The notes under the pieces are model-generated. The model saw only the letters and a program-made list of their open reading frames with translations, did no database searches and was not told the origin of the DNA. A DNA stretch of 64,000 nucleotides from Marsupella aquatica (lineage: Eukaryota; Plantae; Marchantiophyta). How positions within the stretch are numbered: the stretch's first letter is position 1; each line of letters opens with the position of its first letter. Both the position numbers and the translations under genes were made by a program. The stretch covers positions 13,485,037 to 13,549,036 of the forward strand of contig OZ316891.1 of NCBI GenBank assembly GCA_973895155.1, written 5' to 3'. Below are positions 11,599 through 23,000 of this stretch, piece after piece.

Positions 11599-14500
11599 CA
11601 CTAGAAGAAAACTACCTTCTAGTGACATTTGTTGGGCCTCGGTTTACGGGTTCAGCCGGTGAAGAGTCGTGCATGGAGTCCAGCTGGGTTACCCTCTGAT
11701 CTTGCGCTTCCCCCTGGTTTCTTACGTCCAGCCGACGGTCTTCGGGTCCTTGGCTCCCCAGTCGGTACCGCCTCCTTTTGCTCATCTTTCATTGCTGACG
11801 CTCTCCAGGCTGCCTTAGCCCCTACTCCTATGCTCCCTAAGTTAGCAGACTCTCAGGCAGCATTTGGGTTGTTGTTGAGATGCATCCACCCTCGTGTGTC
11901 CTATTTGGCTCGGACACATCCCCCTACCGAGGATCTTTATCTACACCTCCGAGCGTTTGATGTCTCCATTTGTGAAACTTTGGCCTCTCTTTTAGGGCCA
12001 GGTACTTTGCTCTCATCTCCGTGGCTTCATCAACAACTCAGTCTTCCTATTTCTTACGGTGGTTTTGGGCTTACTTCCACTGAGCGCCTTGCACCTTTGG
12101 CCTTCTTGGGCGCGTGGGCGGCCGCCTTCTCATTGTTGGCAGATCGTTTCCTTATTGAGGATCGACCTTTTTTTACTTTCGTCTCTCATGGAGGTCGAAG
12201 AGGGTTCCCTCCCATTTCAGGTTCATTTGCGCACGGCACGATCATCATTACCCGATCTTGTTCGAGCTGCGTTACCTTCATTCTAGGAGTTTTTATCCTT
12301 GGACCCCGTCCGTCTTCAGGCAGACCTTGCTGGGCGTATGCACGCTTTGACCCTCTCCAGCATCCTCACCGAGGCACCTGACTCGGACCGAGCTCGGATT
12401 CTTTCTTCCGGAGGGAAGGGCGCAGGAGGCTAGCTTCAGGCCAATCCAGTCATTCCTCACCTGCGGATATCTTCAGCGGAGTTTGCGACAACCATGCATC
12501 TTCGTATGGGCTTGCCCCACCCACTTCTTGCTGGTTTACCTCCTACTTGCAGTTGTGGGAAGCCTTGTGATGCCACAGGTGTCCATCTTCTTCGATGCAG
12601 TTTGGGCGGCGAAACCATTTTTGTTCACGACGCTGTGAGAGATGCGACTGCTCAGGTTCTCTCTGGCTCTTTGGTCTGCGCGCGGCGGGAGGTGGTGCTC
12701 GAGTTACCTGGTCCTCCATCACAGCGGTTACGGGTGGATCTTACCATGGTCCGTGAAAGTCATCGTACTTTGGCAGATGTAGTGGTGGCAAACCCATTGC
12801 GCCAAGACATCATTGGGACAGTGGCAACAACGGCAGGGGCAGCAGCATCACGTACGAGCAGCAACAACGAAGGAGGCCAAATATGTTGCACGAGCTTCAT
12901 CTGATAGCTTCCTGCCCCTTGCTCTTGAGATATTTGGGCGTCTCCATCATCAGTTCGACGGGCTTCTTCGCCAAGCTGCTCGGGATGTTCACGGCCGGAT
13001 GGGTCCCACCGGGCCCCCGCTATCTATTTTGACCACGCACTTTCGCCAACGCATTTCAGTCACCTTACAGCGTGCTCAAGCTCGGGCCGTCTATCATCGA
13101 TCTCTGACAGTGGGTGCTAGTGTGACTCTACAGTGGCTAGCCCCCCTAGAGCACATTCTTGTTCCACTTGTCGATCTAGTTTCGACACTTGATGTAGACC
13201 ACTAGCTTGTTACCACATTTGCTAGGTATGATGAGGACCTCGGTCTATTTGTGGTAGTTTTAGTTACTCTTTCTTGGTTTTTAGAGGTTTCTTTTTGCTC
13301 ACTTCTTTTAGTTCCTCTTTCTTGGTTTTTAGGGTTTCCTTTTGCTCACTTCTTTTGTGTTTGGTTTTGTCCACTTGGGACCTCTCTTGTTTATTTTTTT
13401 GTACTCTATTTGGCCTTTTTCTGTAAAAAGTATGTGTATATTTTACTTTATTTCTAGGTTAGACCTTAAAATGTATTACAAACATGTGAATTTGAAGGAT
13501 GCTCTCTTATTTTAACACAAGTACAGGGAAATCACTTTTCAACATTTTATGTCAATTTAAACTATACAAATAAAAAGCTACCAGAGGTTCAGACTGTTGC
13601 ATACAAACAAGAGAAACTTTGACTCCGCTGCTACCTTCATACGTCTACCATTAATAGAGACGACAAGGACTTCGAAAGTGAGTGCATCAAAAAAATAAGC
13701 ACATTTAATGTATCTCACCGCATACAAAGGCATAAAACATGTATTTAATGTGAGCTATAGGCTGCAAGTAGATAATGGACTCTACATTTAAAAAATAAAA
13801 AGAGATGTAGCCTAGTCCTAATAGGCCCCACCAAATCACAGAATTAAAGGAGCATGGACCACAAAAAAGCACTAGCCTATTGAACTGCAAAAACTAGCTA
13901 CAAGAATTACCTAACTCAGCACAATGTTGTACCGAAAGAGAAGTTACCCCACTATTGTGGCATGGTTTGTACTACAGATGGACAGGCAAATGGATCACTC
14001 AACGCAAAATCTGAAGAGAAGTATTATTCTATAAACAGAAAATTAAAAGTAAATACAAACTGATGTCCTAAGAGGTGAGAAGGCTATATACAATGAACAC
14101 AAAGTCCTAATGAATACATAAGACAATAGCAAAATGAAAAGTAATGATGTTTTGGCTTATTTCTAGATCTGTCTGATATACAAGAGACCTTTTCAACCAT
14201 GGGTAAGGAAAGTTCTTTACTATATTTTTCACCTTGTATGATATCTATAAAACGATGTCATTGCTTCATCACCCTTTTGACAAAGTCCATGGAGCTACGT
14301 ACAGTGGTGCAGGTGGCATCATTGTAAGCAAAGTTTTTTCAAACTAAGAGCTCAATAGATGGTGGCGGCTGATAGAGAATTCTACAGAAAGGGACATTCT
14401 TCTCAATGTCCCAATAGGCCCCACGGGCTCAAAGAATCAAAGCGGAGTGGACAAAATACCCTACTTGCGCAATGAGATACAAAACGTAGCTACGACAACA

Positions 14501-17196
14501 ACCACAAATAGCACAAAAGACATTCTACAGAAAGACAAGATTCAAACTAAACTTGTGGCAGGAGCTGGACTATATAATCAGTGTACTACAGGCCAAATTA
14601 GAACAGGTCTTTATCAACTATTGAGCTGCATTCTTTCTGATTTCTTATTTTCAGCATATATGATTCTATACAATGCTTCCGCCCTTCCAACTGATTATAG
14701 TTAGAATCAATGAATTATTCAGTTGGTCCCGTCGTAAAGACAAGAAGGATACTAGGATTTGAGTCTCCACAAGGGAGAAGAACTAAGCAACGTGCGGAGG
14801 ACAAATGCGCTCAGTGTCAAAATTCACAAAGAATATTCTTTAGAAATGATAAATAATGCAGCTCACTAGGACTATGAGCAAGACCTGAACCCCTTGCTTC
14901 TAGACAAGACTAAAGTCCACACAAAAGTGCTCCTATCGTAGATTAGATACGTGGAGCTGCTATTCAATATGCTTCAAGAAAGGAATAAGGTGCGACTACA
15001 ACCGAAGGAGCTAATTTGAAACAAATTTGTTTTTCATAAACTTCAATGAGAGGTTCATTTCTCATGATTCTGGAACTTGTTCAGACGAGCCGGAAGAAGA
15101 GAAATGTAGAGAATAGAAGAGACTGAATGGTATTGGTAGCTCAAATACCAAGTAGGAAGTGAACTTGCAAGTAGACGTCATAGTAGCACCTCGCTCAAAC
15201 TCAGACAAATTCATGCAGCCAAAACCTTGTAGTAGCGGTGACGTTGCGCGATTGTAGCTCCTGCTAAGTTGATCAGCTGTACACAGACGTTGATTGCAGC
15301 TTTGTTTGCTTAGCACCTCACTCAATCAGCAGCTCAGCTCATTCAGGTTCATCCTCCGTTCAATCGATGAGGACCCCCAGTCACTATGGCCTTCCAATCG
15401 GTTCACCAAGCATTGGAGCTCACTTGACCCTAACGTACATTGAGTCGATCAGCACCACCGCTCACTCATCTTGCATCTTCAGTCTACACGTTAGGACAGA
15501 TCCACCTTTATCCTCACTACATTATGAGGTTCAAGCTCCCTTCTAGCTATATGAGCAGGTCCCGGTCACGTGACCCCACTCAAAGTCGTAGCTCTTGAGC
15601 TCAGCTCACTTGGCCAGCTCAAATGAGGTCCGCGATCCCAACGGCATGCAGCTTCACAGCTTGATCAATGAGTATAAACTAAACTCAGCAGTTCAGTTCA
15701 GCTCGGTTACAAACTTGGGCTCCCTCTCAGTTCATGAATAGTATCAGCACAGCGCAGCCCACCGCTTGCAACTAAAACTATTGTCAGTGCAGCTCAGTCA
15801 AAGCAGCTCAGCCGCCTTAGCTTCACACCGTAGCAAAAAATGATGAGACCAATAGCAATCACCACAAGGCTTCAAAATGGCGAGAGTGTGTTGTTCTCTC
15901 CCCAAACACATGAGCATAGAAAGCCAAATGATGCCGCAACACTATCAGTCTCATTGGATCGACTAGCCGCACACTCTCACTGGATTGATCATCATTAACA
16001 AACTCAATAGCATAAACTTATCCCTTGCTCTTCTAGGTAAGCTTGCTCCTCACTCACAATCCCTCGCTCTTCCTGCAAGTCACTCACATTACCCACAGTT
16101 GATGCACATTCCTACTCGGTGACAAAATGCTCGATCTCCATTTTTGCGAGGACGCTATGTGCAAATTGAGTAACGGCTCCACGCAGAAGGAATCCAAGGC
16201 GCATTGATGCATTAAACCCTAAACCCTTGCTTAATTAAAGCCCAATTTGTTTATGACCGTCGGATCCTTCTTTGATTCAACTGTTGACTGTGAAAGTGTT
16301 GTAGATTCTCTGCTCATGCACAAGTGATTTGCCGCTCGATTGTGCAACAATACTGAACACATTGAGCACAAACACATATCTAGCATCCATGGAGGGAAAC
16401 AAGTAGTCCCGGTACTTATTATTTATTTTAACATTTTATTATTTATTATATATATATGTCGGCTTAGTAAGACCATCATGGGGATGGTTAAAAAGGTTCA
16501 TAATAATTAATATGTAAATACTTCCAGGCCTAAACGTCATATAATGTGAATCTTCTTGAAAATATAAAAGTCCCAAATAAACCTTAAATCCACAATAAAG
16601 TAACTAACCTCATTCAAGTAGACATTGAGTTCCTTATGAAAGGTGTAGAAATTAATTGTAACATACTTTGAAAACGTACTTCTTTTATGACTTCCTCATG
16701 ACTTACACACAAAAGTCACATAAGTGGCTTTCAAACTAGTCACTAACCGGCCTTCCCGTTTGCCAGACACTCTGGAACCCTAAAGTTGAGCCGGCCCTTG
16801 CGAGAGAACCATAAAACGCAGCATCCGAACTGTCATCTCCCAACACCTATGAAGTAAATGTGCTGGTTCCCGCTCGTTGCCTCGCGATTGTAAACCCTCT
16901 CCACAAAACCTCCACTAGACAGGAAGGAAAATCCATTGAGCATAATACTAGGACTTACTATTTGGCAAAGACCCATGCACTTTTAACATGGAGGACAACT
17001 ACTATGACACTCCGCCAAATCACTCTAAACACAATAAAGAAGCCAATTAATTAGTTGTGCAACCCCCCCCATTATCATTATCAATAGCCAACAATAAAAC
17101 CAATGACATACTAGAGTGTTCACCCTTCAAAAAGTACCAAGGTTACATGTCATAGTTTTTTCATAAATCATTAAACATTGAAAGTCTTTTCTAGTG
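11599..17196. mobile_element. Possible second CACTA element nested in the first
   Basis: CACTAGAAGAAAA at 11599 and GTCTTTTCTAGTG ending at 17196, with GTCA(C/T)A-type subterminal motifs at 16530-17155. The 3-bp flanks (TGT vs TTC) do not match. Confidence 0.4.
11629..13450 (+). mobile_element. 5'-truncated, frameshifted non-LTR retrotransposon with C-terminal CCHC finger and restriction-like endonuclease (CRE/R2-like group)
   Basis: ORF pieces 11629-12381, 12494-12904 and 12813-13205 give a post-RT thumb region (LLLRC..RVSYLART, QLSLPISYGGFGL), a zinc finger CSCG...HLLRC, HDAVRD, RVDL...ADVVV, K..Y, FLPLALEIFG and RQRISVTLQRAQAR. A T-rich 3' tail with an internal duplication follows at about 13265-13350. 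The 3' boundary is approximate. Confidence 0.75.
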
Positions 17197-17419
17197 TTCA
17201 TGTGAACCGGTACAATGGTTCCTAGTTGTTTAGAGTATGTAAAAAGGACTTAGTGGGCTTAGTCCTATAAGATTCAGTCTAAATTGCCCCGCTTTCTACT
17301 AGTGTGAGTGCATCGTGACAAGTGAAGGAGGCATTCAAATGCTGGTGAGCAGCAAGTAGATGTTGTTGAACTTTAGATTGTACAAGCACACTAGATCAAC
17401 CGGAGTCATTGGCTAGAAG

Positions 17420-19156
17420 AACATCTGGTCGCACTGTACATGCTCCATCAAGGTATAGATCGACAGTGGGTTGATTCATCTCAGTTGCAAGAGGAGGATT
17501 TTGTTAGTGATGATGAGGTGATGCGTTGATTTTAGTAGAAGAGGAACATTCTTCATTTCATGAGGCAAGTGTTTCGAAGGAGAAGTAGGAGTGGACTGCA
17601 GCAATGCAAACAGAGATGCAGTCACTGAAGGACAACAAAACTTGGGAGCTTGTCAAGCTGCCTGAGGGACAGCAAGTGATGGACAACAAGTGGATATACA
17701 AGCTGAAGTATCAATCCACGGGAGGTGGATCGAAGGTCTACAAGGCTAGGTTGGTAGCCAAGGGATTCACAGTCACAAGGAAAAAGGTGTGGATTACAAT
17801 GAGGTCTTCTCACCAGTTGCTAAGTACTCAACAATACGGCTATTGTGTGTGCTTGTTGTAATATTTGATCTACAGCTAGATCATATGGATGTTGTCACAA
17901 CTAGCTTTCCTCTATGGCACCTTGGAAGAGGTGATCTTCATGAGAAAACTACTAGGTTTTGTGAACAAAAGGCAAGAGGATTTGGTTTGCAAATTATAGA
18001 GATCCTTATATGGGCTGAAGTAGTCGCCAAGATAGTGGAATAAGCGGTTTGATGATTGGATTTGTGCACAAGGCTTTCACAAGAGTGTGTTACTTTGACC
18101 CATGTGTGTATCTTAAACCGGTGAAGAATGTTGTCTTTGGGTTCATTGTTTTAGTACTTTATGTGGATGACATGCTTATTTCGGCCAAGGATAGGTCTGA
18201 GATTGTTAAGCTCAAGGCACTGCTTAGTGCACAGTTTAAAATGAAGGACTCAGGGTCAGCTAAGAGGATTTTGGGTATGGAGATCACTAGGGACTTGGAG
18301 GCTAGCAAGCTATGGTTGACGCAAAACAGATATGCAAGGAAGGTAATTGCAAGGTTCAACATTGGGGATAGCAAGCCAGTAAGTACCCCGTTGGCTCCAC
18401 ATTTCAAGTTGTCATCATCCTTCTGTCCTACGGATGAGACAGAGAAGTGACTGATGTCAAAGGTTCCTTATGACAAGGCAATGGGGAGTCTCATGTATTT
18501 GATGACTTGCACTAGACCTGATCTTGCCATGGCTATGGGCAAGGTGAGTAGGTACATGTCGAATCCAGGGAAGGTACATTGGAAAACAGTGAAGTGGATT
18601 ATTTGATACTTGAAGGGTACCGTGGATCATGGTCTATTGTTTGATGCACATGCTGATAATGCTAGATCATTGATGGGCTATGTAGATGCTGACTATGCAC
18701 AGGATCTGGATCGGAGGAGGTCAACAACAGGTTATGTGTTCACACTTGGTGGTGGATGCATAAGTTGGAGGTCTACTTTGCAGAAGTGTATTGCTCAGTC
18801 TACTACAGAAGCGAAGTATGTTGCAGCAATGGAAGCAGCAAAGGAAGCAATTTGGTTGGATAGACTGATCACTAAAGATAGGATTGCCATAGGGGGATGT
18901 GAAGCTCCATTGTGATAGTTAGAGTGCGCTCCACCTTGTTGTGAACCAGGCGATGGACAGCAAAGTGAAGCACATCGACGTCAGGTACCATTTTATCAGG
19001 CAGGCTGTGTCTGATAATATGTTTGAGTTAGTCAAGATTTATGGTAAACTCAACTCGGATGACGCTTTTACCAAAGTGATTCCTTTGGAGAGTTTTTCTA
19101 GACACCGTGATGCGTTGCAGGTTTTGCAATTGCCTCCCAAATTGCCTCACAAGTAG
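17420..19156 (+). pseudogene. Degenerate copia pol (RT-RNase H)
   Basis: AMQTEMQSLKDNKTWELV, KWIYKLK, YKARLVAKGF, DYNEVFSPVAK, LYVDDML, GYVDADYA.D.DRRRSTTGYVF and KHIDVRYHFIR, split by stops and frameshifts. Confidence 0.92.
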
Positions 19157-19348
19157 GGTTACTTAACATTTATGTAGATACTGAGATATTCTCTTGCTCA
19201 TTCCTTGTATAGGCTACAGCTTAGTTCTGGTCTATTCTCGTATAAAAAGGGAAAAAACCGGTTTGGTTTTTCTTTCCAGAAATTTCCGTTGAGCAATCAA
19301 ATGGGTAGCAGTCTTTATCCTCCCCTAGACCAGAGTCAAGGGGGAGAT

Positions 19349-19708
19349 TGTTAAGATTTACTCTTAGGTCTAGAGTTACGATTGTACCGTAGTTAAGGCT
19401 AACCTTAGTCGTAGACTTGGTTAGGTTAGTCATGTTGTACACACTTTATAACCAAGCGGTGTTTGCTTGGAGAGTGGGAACTCAGGCTCATTATTATGGA
19501 GCTAGTGGAGAGATAGAGAGAGCTTGTGCTATGGATGTAGCTTGGTATGGCCGGTCGGCCTAGAGTGTAGTAAAGCTCATGTGTGTTCCAGTGGACGTAG
19601 CCTCATGTGGAGGTGAACCACGTATCTCTCTATGTCGACTCTTGTGCGCGGGCTTGTGCGTTGGATGGTTCATGGGCTTGCTATTGTGATTGTCGTCTAT
19701 GCTCAACA
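19349..19708 (+). repeat. 3' LTR of the copia element
   Basis: Preceded by the polypurine tract, ends in CA, followed by TSD GAAAA. Confidence 0.92.
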
Positions 19709-20053
19709 GAAAATACCATTTTGCTATTTGAATTTGGGCACTTAACTTGTGCAAAGAATTAAACTTAGGAAGTTTGGCTAAATGTCCATCAATGCCCTCT
19801 TTAGTGATGGTAAGATCCATTAAATGAAATATGTGATTCTATTTAATTGTGAAGTCCTCATGTATGGCATGGTTGCCGGAATCTCCACATTTTACGTTTA
19901 TCTTTTGTATGTACGGGTTTGTATAAAAACTCTTTCTAATTGACTCCTAATTGAGCCTGAGCGGCACTGGTCTAAAGTAGACTTCATGTAGGAAAACCGT
20001 CAGCTCCAGACTAGACAACAATGCGGAACATGAGAGCACTCAATCTCACACTA

Positions 20054-23000
20054 CACCAACAAGACACCACGATCATGGAGAAACTCCTGAAGGATCCATA
20101 GCTCATGAGATTGAACATGTGAAGAATGAGGGAGAGAATGTTCTCCCTCCAACCTATACCCCCCAAGGGGGACTAAGATGTGTGGGCTTAAATAAGTGGA
20201 TCTTATCCTAAACTAACCAAGGGTCAATTAACCCTAGTAAGGCCAAACTAACTATAGTCGGGAACTCGAGTCAATTCCTAACACTTCATAGGTGCCAAGG
20301 CCTCCCCAACATTGCTAATGGAAGCAGGCAACCTGGCGTAACTCCTGTAGATTGAACTGAGTAGCCTGAACTGGTAAGCCTGGTCAAGATAATTAAAGCT
20401 AGAAATTATAGGTACCAAGGGGTCTCAAATGGAATGATGGTACTGTCACTTGCCTATCCAACGATTAATACGTGCAAACCGTACTTTTCTTCGCTTAAAC
20501 CGTTGGTATCGTATTACGGGGTCGTGGAGGGACGCTATTTGGAGTATTTCCACACCTAAGGATGAGTATGTTTGATTTCGCTCCCGGAAGTGTACTTTTT
20601 GATCAAGTCTACCGACTGGTCTCTCCGTTTTTGATCAAGTCCAAGGGACTGGTCCTACCATCTACAACTCATACCCACCGGGTGAGTGCTGTCACCACCC
20701 CCCTCTCAACGGGCAAACATACAAACGTTTACAATAGGGTTTGAACACTAGTGACAAGGGCAAATGTTTCCACAACGAAACCGACCACATGCACTAGGGG
20801 AGGAAAACAAACAACACAAGCAACAACAAGTGACACACAAAATATTGGAACCTCAAGCCAAATCCATATCTCTTGGTGTTTCCCATAACACATGCAACGA
20901 CAACCCGGCCTCCTGTCGTTTGCCCAACTCCTGCCTCCCGGGGACAAGTGCTACATTCTCCACCTCACTACTCTGGCTTGAACTTCTCCTTATCGGTGCG
21001 CTACTCACAAAAGCTACTCAAAAGCATCAAAGCACTACGCTGAGTTTCCCCCCTAACTACTTCGGGGCTCTCCCCCTAAATACCAAAAAACCACACCAAA
21101 GCACCCCTCATGGGGTCACAACGATGGCGGCTATCCTAGCGGCGCCGCTAAAACCCTGCACTAAGAAATCCCTAAACTAAAAAGGCATGCGGCACACACA
21201 TGCTGCTAAAACCCTAAACCCTAAACAAGGGGCCGACGGTGCCTTCGACGGCGCCCCAACTGTACTCCGTGAACCCTGAAATTGCAAGGCACCCCACAAT
21301 GGCCGAAACTAGGTGCCCAATCAATTGTACTTTTGAGCTCACCCTTGGATAGCCCTTCTCCTCCTGATCCCGAATCACTCAGTCACACTCGCAACGGACA
21401 TCAGACGCCTGAGTTACGGTCGTTTCCGTATCGCGAAAACACAATTTCGCCGGGCCATAACTTGCTCATCCTAGCTCCGTTTGAGGAGCGCCGCCTCTTG
21501 TTGGAATCAGCTCCGCGAGCTCTTTCCAACAAGCCCGTGAGTGACCCCTCACAAATTTTTTTTGGAAATCCAGAAGCCGTACAACCACATCCGTACGACT
21601 ATCTACTCCTCCTCTTCTTCACTCTCGGTGCCCCGGCTTGTGCCCCATGAGTGGGCCTCCTCTTCATCACTCACGGGAGTGAGTGCCACCTCACTTTTCT
21701 TCTTCTTTACCGGGGTACTCTTCGTGCTGCCGCTCCCTTGCTTCCTCAAAGTGGCCAAGGCCTGCCACGCCTTGACGTACCCCTCACCAATGGTGTCCTT
21801 CCATAGGGTAGCCTCTTCTCCGGACCGCAACTCCAACGGTAGAACTTGCCCGGTGGCCATGGGAGTCCCGGGGGTGACAGACCTGGGTGGCATCCCCGTA
21901 CTGACCTGAGCCTCCCGTAACGATTTCCGTACCTCCCGGAGCTTCTTCTCCAAGCCCTTGCTCTTCTCTTGACTCTTCTTGGCTCCATCCAACAAGGGCC
22001 CATACTTCCCACTAACCTCCTTCACCACCATCTCAATAGCCTGGGAGATCAAATCTGGGGAAAGTGTGGAGCTAGGTGTGCCGGGGCTCTTCCGTTTCCC
22101 CAGACTCAAGGCCTCACTCCTCTTTGCTCGTGTCTCAAAGGCGGCCACCTGACTCCGTAGTGCTCCCACCTGGTTTCTCCACTCCACCACTTCTCCAGAA
22201 TTCTGCTTCTCCTTGGCCAATGCTTGTCTCAACGCTCCCACCTCTTCTGCTTCCTTGGCCTTGGTGGACAAGGCTCCCTTCAAGTTGGAGATCTCTACGT
22301 GAGCTGCTTGGAGAAGCTTAACCTTCTCATGAATGGTCCCCTCCTTGGCCTTGATCACCTCCTTCAGAGACAGGGTACTCTGCTCTAACGTCTCTACTCT
22401 GGCTGTGGCGTGCTTGAGAGAATCTCTCAATGCGTGGACTAGCTTGAGTCCCTCATGGACTCCCTCTTTGAAATCCCGTAGCTCTGCCAGGTAAACATCC
22501 GGAATGTTGTAGACCAGGGGCTTTTTTGGATCTCCCACGAGTGATTCAAGCCACTCCAACGTGTAGTCCTCATCCTGGTTTTCTTCTCCTCTATCGTCAT
22601 CCCCACCAACCGACGATGATTCCTCCGTGAGCTTCCCTAAACCGGTAGTGGTAATACTCCGGATCTCCGTGGTGAGAGATGATCCCGTGTCTTCCTGTCC
22701 CGGGGAACCAATCAACCCTTCTGCCCTGGCCAATACAAATGACCCCATCAAATGTACAGCCCCACCTGGTTTCACACTCCCGGGATCAGCGGCCAACAGC
22801 TTCTTCAACCCGTAGTACCACCATCCGTACACATGGGCTGGGTAGTTCTTGATGTCCATAGCTACCACGAAATGCTCTTCATTCACCACCCCGGATTGCA
22901 TGTTGCCAAGGACCCGTTGATGAACCTTGGCCAGGAATCCCTTATACTCAACATCCTTGACAGCGGAAAGAGGGATGGCAGTGGTGGAGGTGGGATTAAT

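Larger units (their letters stand above)
10255..17304. mobile_element. CACTA/EnSpm-type DNA transposon (non-autonomous) inserted in the copia element
   Basis: Left end CACTAGTAGAAAATGGGCCCATTTTAGAC (10255). Right end reverse complement CACTAGTAGAAAGCGGGGCAATTTAGAC (ends 17304). 3-bp flanks CGA / TGA, consistent with a TSD after CpG decay. Short subterminal motifs (AGGACT, AGTTGTTT) occur at both ends. Confidence 0.82.
9543..19708 (+). mobile_element. Ty1/copia LTR retrotransposon, internally deleted and carrying nested insertions
   Basis: 5' LTR 9543-9885 and 3' LTR 19349-19708 (TGTTA...CTCAA(C/T)A, clearly homologous). PBS-like TTTGTATCAGAGC at about 9887-9899. PPT AAGGGGGAG before 19349. 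5-bp TSD GAAAA at 9538-9542 and 19709-19713. Degenerate RT/RNaseH inside. Confidence 0.93.

Noticed and set aside
21205-21226. AAACCCTAAACCCTAAAC telomere-like motif (also near 16213)
   Set aside because: Only about two units. Such telo-box motifs are common in plant promoters and TEs and do not indicate an interstitial telomere.
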